A stretch of 64,000 nucleotides of DNA, from the IMG/VR virus record IMGVR_UViG_3300005095_000072, positions 54,426 through 118,425 of that record, one strand, 5' to 3'. The stretch comes from a virus. Positions 7,292 to 17,874 of the stretch are shown here, one piece after another. The position numbers were made by a program, and so were the translations under genes. The notes below the pieces were generated by a model. It was not told where the DNA came from. It did no database searches and saw only the letters and a list, made by a program, of their open reading frames with translations. Numbering within the stretch: position 1 is the first letter of the stretch; each line of letters begins with the position of its first letter.

Positions 7292-10204
7292 ATGAAAAGA
7301 GATATAAGAGTCCAAAAGAGAAAAGGAAATCTTGAGCCTTTAGATATATCTAAAATTAGAAAGCAAACTAAAATAGCAGAGTTGTACGAAGATACAAGTT
7401 TGTCTGAGCTGGAGGTAGACTCACATTTACAATTTTATGATGGAATAAAAACAGAAGATATACAACAAACTCTTATAAAAACAGCAGTAGATAAAATAAG
7501 TATAAGAAGACCTAATTGGACATTTGTAGCTTCTAGGTTGTTTTTATCTGATTTATGGCATAAGTTTGGTTTAGTATATGGTAAAGATGAAAATGAAGTA
7601 ACTCTAAAAGATGTTATTGATTACGGTATCAAAAGAAAGAAATATATAAGAACTTTAAATATTGATTATACAGAAGAGCAAATAAATGAACTTCATAATT
7701 ATATGGATTTTGACAGAGACCATCAATTTACTTACTTAGGTATAAAAACTTTATATGACAGATATTTAGTAAAAGAAGATAACGGTTATCCTATTGAGAT
7801 GCCACAATATATGTTTATGTTGATAGCTATGTATCTTGCTGGTAAAGAACAAGATAAAATGAATTGGACTAAGAAGTTCTATGATATGATAAGTAAGTTT
7901 GAAGTAATGATGGCAACCCCAACTCTTTCAAATGCCAGAACATTAAGACATCAATTAAGCTCCTGCTATGTAGGTTCAACTCCTGATAATATAGAAGGTA
8001 TCTTTGATAGTTATAAAGAAATGGCACTGTTATCTAAATATGGTGGTGGTATCGGTTGGGACTGGTCTAAGGTAAGGGCTATGAAAGGAGAGATAGCTGG
8101 ATTTAAAGGGGTAGCAGGTGGTGTAGTTCCTTTTCTTAAAATTGCTAATGATTTAGCAGTAGCAGTAGACCAGTTAGGCACTCGTGCTGGGAGTATAGCA
8201 GTTTTTCTACCAACTTGGCATTTAGATTTAATGGATTTCCTAGACTTAAAAAAGAACTCAGGAGAAGAGAGAAGAAGAACACACGATTTATTTCCTGCTT
8301 TATGGATAGACGATTATTTTATGGAATGTGTAGAGCTTGATAAAGATTGGTATTTATATGACCCTCATTCTGTAAAACAAAGATATAATATAGAACTAGA
8401 CGAGTTACAAGGTAACGATTTAAAAAGAATGCTGGTTAAGTTAGCTAATGATGATAAAATCCTAAAAGAAAAATTTAAAGCCAAAGAGGTATGGAGAAAA
8501 GCACTAACCTCTTATTTTGAGTCAGGTAATCCTTTTTTAGCATTTAAGGATACAGCAAACAGAAGAAACCCAAATAAGCATAATGGTATTATACGGTCAT
8601 CCAATTTGTGTGTAACAGGTGATACGAAGATATTGACTAAAGAGTTCGGTGATATTGAGATAAATAAAGTAGTTAATCAATCTTTAACTGTTTGGAATGG
8701 AAAAGAGTGGTCTGAAAATGTTACAATAACTCAAACTGCAATAGACTATCCTAATCTGTATAAAGTGATTATAAGTAATTTTGAAGATGGAAGAGCAGTT
8801 GAAATAAAAGCCACAGATTATCATAAATGGTATAATTCTATAGGAGAAGAATTTAGAACTAAAGATTTAAAAAAAGGTATGATTTTAGAAAGCTTTATGT
8901 TGCCTGATGGAAAAATTGAAAATAAATATGTAATCACTTATATTGAGAAGTTACTTTTACCTGAAGACACTTATTGTGCTTTAGAACCTAAAAGAAACAG
9001 GTTAATGTTTAATGGAGTCTTAACTGGTAATTGTACTGAAATCTACCAAAATACCGAGCCAAATGATTATAAATATAACCTTTGGTTTAAAGGTTATGAA
9101 ACTGCTCCTATAACTTTACATGAAAATAAAATTGTTAGTGTTATAGACCAGTCTGATACTTTAGATGGATATGAAGTCTTATACACTATAACTGTTAAAG
9201 AGCTTACAGGTGGAGAACATATTCTTTTTAATATTGAAGAGAAAAATGTATCTTTCTTTGGACAAGTAACTTGTATAGAGAAAACACAAGGTCAAAATGG
9301 TAAAACTGCTGTTTGTAATCTTGCTAGTGTAAATCTATCTAAGATAAATACTAAAAAAGATTTTGAAAGAATTATCCCTATAGCTATAAGAGCTTTAGAT
9401 AATGTTATTGATTTGAATTATTACCCAACTAAAAAAGCTGAAAGAGCTAATAAAGAGAACAGAGCTATTGGTTTAGGTATGATGGGTGAAGCACAAATGT
9501 TAGCAGATAATAAGATAATGTTTGGAACTAAGCTACATCTTGAAAAGATAAATAGTATTTGTGAAATGTTTAGTTATAATGCAATTAAAGCATCATCTGA
9601 CTTAGCAAAAGAAAAAGGCTCATATTTTGGATTTAAAGGTTCTGAGTGGTCTAAAGGTATCTTTCCTATAGATAGCAGTATTTCGTTGCAGGAAATTGAT
9701 GACAGGCTTTCAGGGAAGTATGTTTATAATTGGGAGAAGTTGAGAAAGAAAGTCAAAGCAGATGGTATGAGAAATGGTTATCTTATGGCAATAGCACCTA
9801 CAAGTTCAATTTCTATATTAGTAGGAACTTCACAAGCAATAGAACCTATTTATAAAAGAAAGTGGTTTGAAGAGAATAAGTCAGGATTTATACCTGTAAC
9901 TGCTCCAAATATAAACCCTGAAAATATAAACTATTATATAAGTGCTTATGATGTAGAACAGAAAGATATTATTAAAGCAGGGGCTGTAAGGCAAAGGTGG
10001 ATAGACCAAGGGCAGAGTTTAAATATATTTGTTAAACCACAGGAGGTAACTGGAAGATATTTATCTGAGTTATATATGTTAGCTTGGAAATTAGGATTGA
10101 AATCAACTTACTACCTTAGAAGTCAGTCACCAGAAGCAGAAGACAAAGATGAAGAAGATTTTGATGTAATAGACAGGTCTTATGAGTGTGCAGGATGTCA
10201 ATAA
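7292..10204 (+). CDS. nrdA: class Ia ribonucleotide reductase alpha subunit with intein
   Basis: ATP-cone N-term, TPTL, SSC, GGGIG, SNLC/CTEI, CNLAS, IAPTSSIS, DQGQS, KSTYYLRS, C-terminal ECAGCQ. Confidence 0.97.
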   Translation: MKRDIRVQKRKGNLEPLDISKIRKQTKIAELYEDTSLSELEVDSHLQFYDGIKTEDIQQTLIKTAVDKISIRRPNWTFVASRLFLSDLWHKFGLVYGKDENEVTLKDVIDYGIKRKKYIRTLNIDYTEEQINELHNYMDFDRDHQFTYLGIKTLYDRYLVKEDNGYPIEMPQYMFMLIAMYLAGKEQDKMNWTKKFYDMISKFEVMMATPTLSNARTLRHQLSSCYVGSTPDNIEGIFDSYKEMALLSKYGGGIGWDWSKVRAMKGEIAGFKGVAGGVVPFLKIANDLAVAVDQLGTRAGSIAVFLPTWHLDLMDFLDLKKNSGEERRRTHDLFPALWIDDYFMECVELDKDWYLYDPHSVKQRYNIELDELQGNDLKRMLVKLANDDKILKEKFKAKEVWRKALTSYFESGNPFLAFKDTANRRNPNKHNGIIRSSNLCVTGDTKILTKEFGDIEINKVVNQSLTVWNGKEWSENVTITQTAIDYPNLYKVIISNFEDGRAVEIKATDYHKWYNSIGEEFRTKDLKKGMILESFMLPDGKIENKYVITYIEKLLLPEDTYCALEPKRNRLMFNGVLTGNCTEIYQNTEPNDYKYNLWFKGYETAPITLHENKIVSVIDQSDTLDGYEVLYTITVKELTGGEHILFNIEEKNVSFFGQVTCIEKTQGQNGKTAVCNLASVNLSKINTKKDFERIIPIAIRALDNVIDLNYYPTKKAERANKENRAIGLGMMGEAQMLADNKIMFGTKLHLEKINSICEMFSYNAIKASSDLAKEKGSYFGFKGSEWSKGIFPIDSSISLQEIDDRLSGKYVYNWEKLRKKVKADGMRNGYLMAIAPTSSISILVGTSQAIEPIYKRKWFEENKSGFIPVTAPNINPENINYYISAYDVEQKDIIKAGAVRQRWIDQGQSLNIFVKPQEVTGRYLSELYMLAWKLGLKSTYYLRSQSPEAEDKDEEDFDVIDRSYECAGCQ
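8609..9031 (+). mobile_element. mini-intein (141 aa, no endonuclease) at the NrdA active-site NL/CTEI site
   Basis: Starts CVTGDTKILT, block B ATDYHKW, ends NGVLTGN followed by extein Cys; removal restores SSNLCTEI. Confidence 0.92.
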
Positions 10205-10241
10205 TCCTACACACTATATAATATAAAAGAAAAGGAACAAT

Positions 10242-10451
10242 ATGGTATTTACTTTTAGTTCTTATAGAGGAGAAAGAGAAGTGACTTTTCCTGCTAGTTC
10301 AGTTAGTCATATAATTACAGAAAGCTACAATGAAACATATAGAATAGTGTTTAAAACAGGAGATAACTTTGTAACTTATTGTAAAGAGAAAGATATTAAA
10401 CAATTAAAATCAAAACTAGGAGAAGATGATGGAAAGAAAGAGAGTATATAA
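10242..10451 (+). CDS. hypothetical protein
   Basis: AAGGA RBS; lies between nrdA and nrdB. Confidence 0.6.
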   Translation: MVFTFSSYRGEREVTFPASSVSHIITESYNETYRIVFKTGDNFVTYCKEKDIKQLKSKLGEDDGKKESI

Positions 10452-11442
10452 CCCTGACTCAAATGAAACAGTTAGAGAGAGAAAGATTTTTGGAGGTAAT
10501 CCAACAGGTATATTTGAACTTAATAGCATTAAGTATCAATGGGCTTATAATTTATGGGATGTAATGTTAAATAACACTTGGTTTCCAAAAGAGGTTAATC
10601 TTACAGAAGATGTTAAAGACTATAAAAATTTAACTGAAATTGAAAAAGAAGCTTATGATAAAGCTTTATCTCAGCTTATCTTTATGGATAGTCTTCAAAC
10701 AAATAATCTTATTGATAATGTAAATCCTTTTATCACTGCACCTGAAATTAACTTAATATTGGTTAGACAAGCTTTCGAGGAGGCTCTACATAGTCAAAGT
10801 TATGCTGTAATGGTAGATAGTATATCTCCTAACTCTGCTGAAATATATGACAGGTGGAGAGTAGATGAAAAGCTGAAAAGAAAAAATGACGAAATAGCTA
10901 AGGTGTATGAAGACTTAGCTAAAAATCCAACAGATAAAGCTATTGTATTATCTATGTTTGCTAATCAAATATTGGAGGGGATATATTTCTACTCAGGTTT
11001 CACATTTTTCTACACTTTAGCTAGAAGTGGTAAAATGTTAGGCTCTGCACAAATGATAAGATTTATTCAAAGAGATGAAATAACACATTTATTGTTATTT
11101 CAAAATATGATAAATTCTACTAAGAAAGAAAGACCTGAACTATTTACTTCTGAACTTATAGATGAAGTATATTATATGTTTGAAAAGGCAGTAGAACTGG
11201 AAGTAATGTGGGGACAGTATATTACAGGTGGAAAGCTTTTAGGACTTACTGATGGTATCATAGACCAATATATAAAATATCTTGCAGATAAAAGATTGAC
11301 AGCAGTTGGCTTTAAAAAGCTTTATAATGTTAGTCATCCTATAAAATGGGTAGATAACTTTTCTAAGTTCAATGACCAAAAAACTAACTTCTTTGAGGGT
11401 AATGTAACGAACTATAGTAAAGGAAGTCTTGATGAGTGGTGA
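10426..11442 (+). CDS. nrdB: class Ia ribonucleotide reductase beta subunit
   Basis: [39 protein letters not shown]. Confidence 0.97.
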   Translation: MMERKRVYNPDSNETVRERKIFGGNPTGIFELNSIKYQWAYNLWDVMLNNTWFPKEVNLTEDVKDYKNLTEIEKEAYDKALSQLIFMDSLQTNNLIDNVNPFITAPEINLILVRQAFEEALHSQSYAVMVDSISPNSAEIYDRWRVDEKLKRKNDEIAKVYEDLAKNPTDKAIVLSMFANQILEGIYFYSGFTFFYTLARSGKMLGSAQMIRFIQRDEITHLLLFQNMINSTKKERPELFTSELIDEVYYMFEKAVELEVMWGQYITGGKLLGLTDGIIDQYIKYLADKRLTAVGFKKLYNVSHPIKWVDNFSKFNDQKTNFFEGNVTNYSKGSLDEW

Positions 11443-11484
11443 GAAGAAAAATCAAGATAAATAGAAATTTTATAAATTTTTCCT

Positions 11485-11519
11485 ATTTAAGCTAGTTTTA
11501 AGGTTTTCTATGATATAAT
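11485..11519 (+). promoter_or_regulatory. host sigma70-type (Campylobacterota-style) early promoter
   Basis: ATTTAAGCTAGTTTTAAG ... TGATATAAT (extended -10); near-identical copy at 18768. Confidence 0.7.
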
Positions 11520-11554
11520 CTAAAATATATAAAAAATTATAGGAGGGTTATATC

Positions 11555-11833
11555 ATGGAGATAGCAGTAGTTAAAGGGGCAATATTAGTTCGAGAGATTT
11601 TAATTGAAGATATGTTTGAAGTGAAAGAACATAATGGAGAGTTAAAAGTTTTTGATAAGTATGGTAATTTATATAAAAGTCGTGGAATAGGTATATTAGA
11701 AAGGTTAGATGTTAAGTCTGATTTTAAAGCAGGAACTACAATAAGAAATAGTGAGCTTTATCATAAATTTATGGTAGCTAAAGAGGTTATAGTCCTTAAA
11801 GAGTGGCTAAAGTGTAAAGGTGAGGAGATATAA
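11555..11833 (+). CDS. hypothetical early protein
   Basis: AGGAGG RBS downstream of promoter. Confidence 0.7.
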   Translation: MEIAVVKGAILVREILIEDMFEVKEHNGELKVFDKYGNLYKSRGIGILERLDVKSDFKAGTTIRNSELYHKFMVAKEVIVLKEWLKCKGEEI

Positions 11834-13293
11834 TGTTTTCTTATATAAAAGAAACATCTAACAAAACAACTCACATAGAAATTTTAGATATTATTGATGA
11901 GTTGAGAGCTGAACCTAAAACTAACAATAAAAAGAAAATCTTAGAAGAGCATAGAGATAATGAACATTGGTTAGCAGTTCTTAAATATGCTTATGAACCT
12001 GAAATTAACTATGGTGTTATTTCATTAGACGAAGAGTGTTTTCAAAACCATCATAAGCATAATGCAGAACCATTTGGGTTAGAATATATGTATGCTCTGT
12101 TACAAAAGTTAGCTAATAGAGAGATAACAGGGAATAAAGCAAAAGATGAAATAAGAGATTTTTGTCGGAACTGCTATGATGGCTTACAAGATTTGTTACA
12201 ACTTATTTTATGGAGAGATTTAGATATTGGAGCTAGTATCAAAACTTTCAATAAAATTTATAGTAAAGAAGAACCATTCATATATGTCTTTGAAACTATG
12301 TCTGCTAGAGGTAAGACTATAAAATACCCTTGCATAGGTAATACTAAGCTTAATGGACAAAGACTTGTTATAGAAAAAGAAAATGGAGAAATAAAATTCA
12401 TATCAAGAAATGGTAAGGAATACACTCCTCATTATTTAATCAAACAAGCTGAGTTCTTGTTAGCAGAGAAAGATAACATTGTCTTAGATTGTGAAATAGA
12501 TGGTATTCCTAGTGAATATGGAGAAACTTCTTTATATAATAGTGATGCTGTTAGATTAAAAGTGAATGGACATATAAATCAATTCATAAGAGGAACTGCT
12601 CCTATGGGGCTAGATATGAAGTTCAGAGTGAATGTTTTTGATGTACTTTCTTTAGATGAGTTCAAAGGGAAAAAGAAATCGAAAATAATTCAAGAGAGAA
12701 TGGAAGACCTTGTAGCTTTATTTGATGGAGTTGAATTACATAATTTTAGATATGAAGAACCTGTCATTATAAATAATGCAGATGAAGCACAAGAGTTCTA
12801 TTATCATATAGTATCTAACAAAGGTGAAGGAGCTATTTTTAAGTTACTTGATAAACCTTATCAGTTAGGAGATAGTCAATATTGGGTAAAGGCTAAACAG
12901 GAAGTAGATGTTGATTTAGAAATTGTAGGCTTTTACAGAGGAGCTAAAGGTGGTAAAAGAGAGCATACTGTTGGTGGAGTTCATCTTAAAAGTTCTGACG
13001 ATTTGCTTTATGTAGATTGTGGCTCAGGATTAAAAGATAGTGATATAGAGTTCATTTTAGATAATCAAGATTGGTTAATAGGTAAAGTAGTTCAAGTGAG
13101 GTTTAACACTATTAGTAAAGATAAGAAAACTAAGATTAATTCTCTATTTTTACCTAGATTTGTAGGAGGTAATAAAAACATAGGTAATTTTGAAGCTAGT
13201 CTTAGATTAGATAAAGATATAGCTAATACATTTGAAGAGATTAAGCTTGAAGAATTAAATGCACAAAGATTTTTATTTAAAAAGGAGAATTAA
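11833..13293 (+). CDS. ATP-dependent DNA ligase
   Basis: Motif I KLNGQR, SRNG, LDCEI, VFDVL, EGAIFK, WVKAK, GSGL, SLFLPRF. Confidence 0.9.
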   Translation: MFSYIKETSNKTTHIEILDIIDELRAEPKTNNKKKILEEHRDNEHWLAVLKYAYEPEINYGVISLDEECFQNHHKHNAEPFGLEYMYALLQKLANREITGNKAKDEIRDFCRNCYDGLQDLLQLILWRDLDIGASIKTFNKIYSKEEPFIYVFETMSARGKTIKYPCIGNTKLNGQRLVIEKENGEIKFISRNGKEYTPHYLIKQAEFLLAEKDNIVLDCEIDGIPSEYGETSLYNSDAVRLKVNGHINQFIRGTAPMGLDMKFRVNVFDVLSLDEFKGKKKSKIIQERMEDLVALFDGVELHNFRYEEPVIINNADEAQEFYYHIVSNKGEGAIFKLLDKPYQLGDSQYWVKAKQEVDVDLEIVGFYRGAKGGKREHTVGGVHLKSSDDLLYVDCGSGLKDSDIEFILDNQDWLIGKVVQVRFNTISKDKKTKINSLFLPRFVGGNKNIGNFEASLRLDKDIANTFEEIKLEELNAQRFLFKKEN

Positions 13294-13295
13294 AG

Positions 13296-13685
13296 ATGGA
13301 AAATAATAATTATGTTAAATTGAATAATGATATTATCATTGTTTTAAATGATAATATTTTAACCTTTAAAAATTTAAAAACAGGCTATTCTAGTAGTTTA
13401 GAAGTAAAATTATATAGTTGTTTTCGATTTCCTAGTGACTTTAATAGAAATATATTAGCTTATATAACTGCTTTTGAAAAAGAGCATTTATTGGATAGTT
13501 TTAATCTTACTTATATGCATCTGTTTGATGGTATACATTGCTTTAAAAAGTTAAATGATAAAGAAATAGTAATTTTTGCAAAAGAGGAGTATATCCCTCA
13601 TATTATAGGTTATAAAGGTAGAAATATTATGAAATTAAAATGGATTTATAATTTAAGAAAAATTACTGTAAAAAAGGAGAAATGA
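13296..13685 (+). CDS. protein with C-terminal KH domain
   Basis: IPHIIGYKGRNIMKL (IGxxGxxI loop). Confidence 0.55.
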   Translation: MENNNYVKLNNDIIIVLNDNILTFKNLKTGYSSSLEVKLYSCFRFPSDFNRNILAYITAFEKEHLLDSFNLTYMHLFDGIHCFKKLNDKEIVIFAKEEYIPHIIGYKGRNIMKLKWIYNLRKITVKKEK

Positions 13686-14413
13686 TGAGATTAGAAGATA
13701 AGAACTTTGCAGATACATTAAAATTGTATAAGAAAGTAAAGGATGATATAGAAGAGAAAGGCTATAAATCAAAATACACTAGAGTTCAATTAAAACAACT
13801 TGAAATGCAAGTTATCAAAAAACAAAAAGAGATATTACAAAAGAAGTCTAAAGAAGAGTTAAGAAAAAAATATATAGCAAGGCAGGTCAATATTAAGCTG
13901 TGTGAAAAGAAAATTGATTCTTTGATGCAGAAGTTAAGGAGATATAAAAATCACCTTAGATACCAAAATATGAAAAAAGATATAATTTTAGATATTGAAC
14001 CTAGCCTTGAGTATGCTTTAGTAAAAGAGGAAATTCAGGCTTTAGTATCTATGCTTTTACTAGATTGTAAAGACTTTAATTATAAGGTATTTTATTATAA
14101 GCTGAACTTCTCTAATTTCACAGATAGTATAGACACTTTAGTAGATGTCTTTACATTTTTGAAAGTGTCTTTAAAGCTAGACTATGATGATATAAGAATA
14201 TTATTTTATAGAACTTGTAATAATGGAAACAAGGTTATGACTTATGAGATGGTAAATGAAAAATTAGAAAATCCATATAAAGACCATTTTTCAGTATCTA
14301 AGCGATACAACTCTATATTACAAAAAATAGGTAAGTTATTTCTTAAAAATAGAATTACAAATTATGAAGATATAAAGGATTTGCTATGGGTAAAGAACAA
14401 GAAAAAAGATTAG
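13682..14413 (+). CDS. coiled-coil protein with possible sigma region-4-like HTH
   Basis: C-terminal MTYEMVNEKL...VSKRYNSILQKI. Confidence 0.4.
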   Translation: MMRLEDKNFADTLKLYKKVKDDIEEKGYKSKYTRVQLKQLEMQVIKKQKEILQKKSKEELRKKYIARQVNIKLCEKKIDSLMQKLRRYKNHLRYQNMKKDIILDIEPSLEYALVKEEIQALVSMLLLDCKDFNYKVFYYKLNFSNFTDSIDTLVDVFTFLKVSLKLDYDDIRILFYRTCNNGNKVMTYEMVNEKLENPYKDHFSVSKRYNSILQKIGKLFLKNRITNYEDIKDLLWVKNKKKD

Positions 14414-14640
14414 TCAGTTTCTTTGAATCTTGCAGTATAGATGAAGGTGTTTTATATGAAACCTCAACTGTAAAGGTATATAAATCTAATATGTCTAAGC
14501 TGTTTGCTAATCTTGATGTAAGAGAGATTATAGAAGAGACTGATGATTATATAGTTTTTAATGGAAGAACTTTTCATGGTGCTAAAAATGTAGATTTTTA
14601 TAAGTCTAGTGAATATGATTATGTGGCTGCACCTAGATGA
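14386..14640 (+). CDS. hypothetical protein
   Basis: Overlapping operon ORF. Confidence 0.55.
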   Translation: MGKEQEKRLVSFFESCSIDEGVLYETSTVKVYKSNMSKLFANLDVREIIEETDDYIVFNGRTFHGAKNVDFYKSSEYDYVAAPR

Positions 14641-15047
14641 AGTTTTATAAGATGGAGTGGGTGTATAAGTTTATACCTGTTCCTGTGTTTTTATCTGATA
14701 AGATAAGAGAACCTTTTAGTGGGTATTCAAGATTTGTATATATAGTTATTAAACCTAATTGTATTGATGATTTAGGATTAATAGAGCATGAGCTAACTCA
14801 TATAAGGCAATTTTATAGAACTTTAGGTTTAATGGATTTGTTGAAACATTTTAGTAAAAGGATAAAGTTAAATAGAGAATTAGAAGCTTATATTAATCAA
14901 GCTAACGAGTATGGTTATTCTAGTTACTATGAAGTGTCTTGGATTGTAGATAGTTTGATATATGATTATGAACTAGGTATATATGATGAAGAGGATATAT
15001 ATGCTAGTATTTTAGTGAATTTAAAAAAGAGAAAGGAAAAAGAATGA
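14637..15047 (+). CDS. HExxH zincin-like protein
   Basis: LIEHELTHIRQF ... RELEAY. Confidence 0.6.
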   Translation: MKFYKMEWVYKFIPVPVFLSDKIREPFSGYSRFVYIVIKPNCIDDLGLIEHELTHIRQFYRTLGLMDLLKHFSKRIKLNRELEAYINQANEYGYSSYYEVSWIVDSLIYDYELGIYDEEDIYASILVNLKKRKEKE

Positions 15048-15850
15048 AAAAGTTATTATCAACTTACACAATAAAAATAGGAGATGTAGGAAATCCTATA
15101 GATATAGAGAAAGGAAAAACTGCTATACCTGTTACAAATACAAATAAAATAGAGTATAAACCGAATGAGTATGGATTTTTTACAATAGATATTCCAACTG
15201 GTTTATATATAGATTTACATCCAAACAAATGTTTGCAGGTAGAGTTAGATATAACTTTACCTAATCCTGAACACTATGTAATGAATTACAAAAGGATATA
15301 CACTAGAGAAGAGTTGTTAAATAAAGAACTTATAATAAAAGCTGTTTGTATAGCTGACGATACAGAGTATTGGTCTGCTGAAACAAAAGAAGCACAAATT
15401 ATAGATTCTTATACTAAACTAGGTTATCTTTATGTTACAAATGTAGATACATTAAACATTTTCTACCAAAAAAGAGATAGTAATAATAAAACAGTAGATG
15501 AAGTTCTTGAAGAAGTTAAGGCATCAACTTTAGCTGATTTAGATTTACAACAGGTTAAGGTGGTATCTGTAGATGAGAATAAAATTGCTGAATTGTTATA
15601 TAATCTTGAAAAATATAATGGATTGAGTATAGAAAATATCTTAGATAGTAAATATGCACCTGAAAAGAAAATCATAGTTATATATGATGTATATGAGTTC
15701 ATGGAAGAGAAGCAAAATATATCTAAAGAGATAAACAGAGTCCTTAAGGTTTTAGATAAAGATAAAGTTATTGAACTTTATAAAAAGATGAAAGAAGATA
15801 AAAGTAAAAACAAAGATAGCAACTCATTATCTTATTTTGTAGGAGAGTGA
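15044..15850 (+). CDS. hypothetical protein, weak dUTPase-fold resemblance
   Basis: IDIPTGLYIDL resembles dUTPase IPTGI strand; catalytic motifs not seen. Confidence 0.35.
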   Translation: MKKLLSTYTIKIGDVGNPIDIEKGKTAIPVTNTNKIEYKPNEYGFFTIDIPTGLYIDLHPNKCLQVELDITLPNPEHYVMNYKRIYTREELLNKELIIKAVCIADDTEYWSAETKEAQIIDSYTKLGYLYVTNVDTLNIFYQKRDSNNKTVDEVLEEVKASTLADLDLQQVKVVSVDENKIAELLYNLEKYNGLSIENILDSKYAPEKKIIVIYDVYEFMEEKQNISKEINRVLKVLDKDKVIELYKKMKEDKSKNKDSNSLSYFVGE

Positions 15851-16119
15851 ATATGAATAAAAATAGTTTAGATAATCTGTTAAGTATTTTACTTGTATTA
15901 TCAGCAATTATACTATTAGTAGTATGGGCTTATTTAGGTAGATATACTTATGATAATCCTAGTAAAACAAGTGCAACAGGGGGAGTGTTTTTTAAAAGAA
16001 CTTTAGATTTAACTAAATATGTTAAAAATTCTTCAGGCAAAGGATTATTTGGAAAATATGATACATATAACATAGGTGGAACTAAATCTAAAGTTATTTA
16101 CTACAAAGATGAGGAGTAG
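15847..16119 (+). CDS. small membrane-anchored protein
   Basis: Hydrophobic LLSILLVLSAIILLVVWAYL. Confidence 0.6.
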   Translation: MNMNKNSLDNLLSILLVLSAIILLVVWAYLGRYTYDNPSKTSATGGVFFKRTLDLTKYVKNSSGKGLFGKYDTYNIGGTKSKVIYYKDEE

Positions 16120-16121
16120 AT

Positions 16122-16580
16122 ATGACTTCTGAAAACATAGAAAAATTTGTAAAAGAGGAATTTATTTTCCTTAAAGACTTAAAGCATATAAAAAGCGAGT
16201 TCAATCAAATAAACAAATATAAGGAAGATGATTTATCTTTGTATCAAATAAAGAAAGGTAAAGCAGTTTTAACTATTGTACCTCATCTACAAGCACAAAA
16301 ATTTTTAATAAGAGTTAAAGGTGGAGAAGTCTTTGATTTAGTTCCTAACTTTGAAGAAGACAGCTATATTATATCCCCTAGAAATATAGCTATATATGAT
16401 AAACAAGATGACAGTTTTGATATGCATGAGGTGGCTAGTTATATTTTAGATAGCTTAGTAATGTATAAAGATATGTTTATCGAAGGTATTAAATATTCAA
16501 CTCAAACAATACATAATGTAAAAACAAAGAACTTAACAATATTTGATTTTTATAACTATAAGGTTTATCTAAATATATAG
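16122..16580 (+). CDS. hypothetical protein
   Basis: GAGGAG RBS. Confidence 0.6.
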   Translation: MTSENIEKFVKEEFIFLKDLKHIKSEFNQINKYKEDDLSLYQIKKGKAVLTIVPHLQAQKFLIRVKGGEVFDLVPNFEEDSYIISPRNIAIYDKQDDSFDMHEVASYILDSLVMYKDMFIEGIKYSTQTIHNVKTKNLTIFDFYNYKVYLNI

Positions 16581-16609
16581 AGCTGTAGTTCAAGAACGAG
16601 GAGTATTTT

Positions 16610-17671
16610 ATGAATTATGTATTGTTATCTGTAAGTGCAGTAGTTTTGTTTATAGTATCTGCTACACTTAACATAAGTGGATACACTCAGCTATTTCCTA
16701 AATCTGTTATAGTAGTATCTATAGTCTTAGCAGGGTTGGAGTTAGCTAAATTTACGATTGTAGGTGTAGTATTCAACTTAGGAGATTTGGTATCTAAAAA
16801 ACTAAAAGTCATTTTATCTTTGTTTATTGTAGTTTTGATATTTATATCAACTGTAGGGCATTATGCAGTATTGACTTCTTATTATGTAAAGAGTTATCAA
16901 AACAAAGATATATTAGTTAAGGATACTAAGTATTTAGATAATCAAATTGTTTATATTAAAGAACAGATAAAAGATTTAAAAGCTATATATCAAGACTATC
17001 CTAAAGGTCATTCTACAAAAAGATTAATAGCTTATAAGAAAGTTAAACCTGATATAGATAGATTGCAAAAAGAATTAAATGAACTTCAAAAACAAAAATA
17101 TCAAACAATAAAAGAAACTAACAATGAAGATAAAAAGAACACAAATATATTTCAAGCTAGTGCCGATTTGTTAGGTATCAATGCTAATAAGTTAGCTAGT
17201 CTTATAATATTTATCTTATCTTTGATTATAGACCCTATGACTTTATTAATGGTATATACAGCAGGAGCAGTTAAAAAGAATATAGAAAAAAGAAAAGAGC
17301 AACAGAGATTAAAAGAGGAAGAACTTAAACAGAAAGAACTAGAAAATAAACAAATAGAAGAGGATTTACATCTGTTTAGAAAATTGACAGAAGCAAGAGA
17401 TTATAATGTCAATAATACAACTATAGATGATATTGTAGAGTTCAACGATGATGAGGTTATAGATTTCTTTCCTCATCTTGATACAAAAGAAAAGCAGGAA
17501 TGGTTTAAGTTAGCTTTAGTGTGGCGAGAGTACGGTTTTATGAATGATAAAGATATATTGACCATAGATTTTGATAAGATAAGGGATTTAGATATAGACA
17601 ATATATATGATAAATATAAGGATATGTATTTAAGTAAATCTAAAGAGATAGAGGAAAAGAAAATTGAGTGA
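16610..17671 (+). CDS. multi-pass membrane protein with coiled coil
   Basis: Three N-terminal TM segments, GLELAK, coiled coil, fourth TM with IIDP. Confidence 0.7.
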   Translation: MNYVLLSVSAVVLFIVSATLNISGYTQLFPKSVIVVSIVLAGLELAKFTIVGVVFNLGDLVSKKLKVILSLFIVVLIFISTVGHYAVLTSYYVKSYQNKDILVKDTKYLDNQIVYIKEQIKDLKAIYQDYPKGHSTKRLIAYKKVKPDIDRLQKELNELQKQKYQTIKETNNEDKKNTNIFQASADLLGINANKLASLIIFILSLIIDPMTLLMVYTAGAVKKNIEKRKEQQRLKEEELKQKELENKQIEEDLHLFRKLTEARDYNVNNTTIDDIVEFNDDEVIDFFPHLDTKEKQEWFKLALVWREYGFMNDKDILTIDFDKIRDLDIDNIYDKYKDMYLSKSKEIEEKKIE

Positions 17672-17870
17672 AGATAACAGAACTGAAGAATTAGATAAAG
17701 AAACTATAAAAGAGGTCAAGGTAAATGCTAAGATAGCATCCTTAATCTTGAAATATAAAAGAAGTAAATCTAATCAATTTAATTTATTGAAAACAACTAT
17801 AAGTTATATAGAAGGATTGACTGGAGTTACTACAGATAAGTTCAACGATTATAAAAAGGTAGAGGTATAG
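17664..17870 (+). CDS. hypothetical protein
   Basis: Operon ORF (TTG start). Confidence 0.45.
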   Translation: MSEDNRTEELDKETIKEVKVNAKIASLILKYKRSKSNQFNLLKTTISYIEGLTGVTTDKFNDYKKVEV

Positions 17871-17874
17871 ATAT

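Noticed and set aside
15044-15850. Functional dUTPase
   Set aside because: Only one strand resembles dUTPase; RSG and G.ID..Y.G motifs are absent
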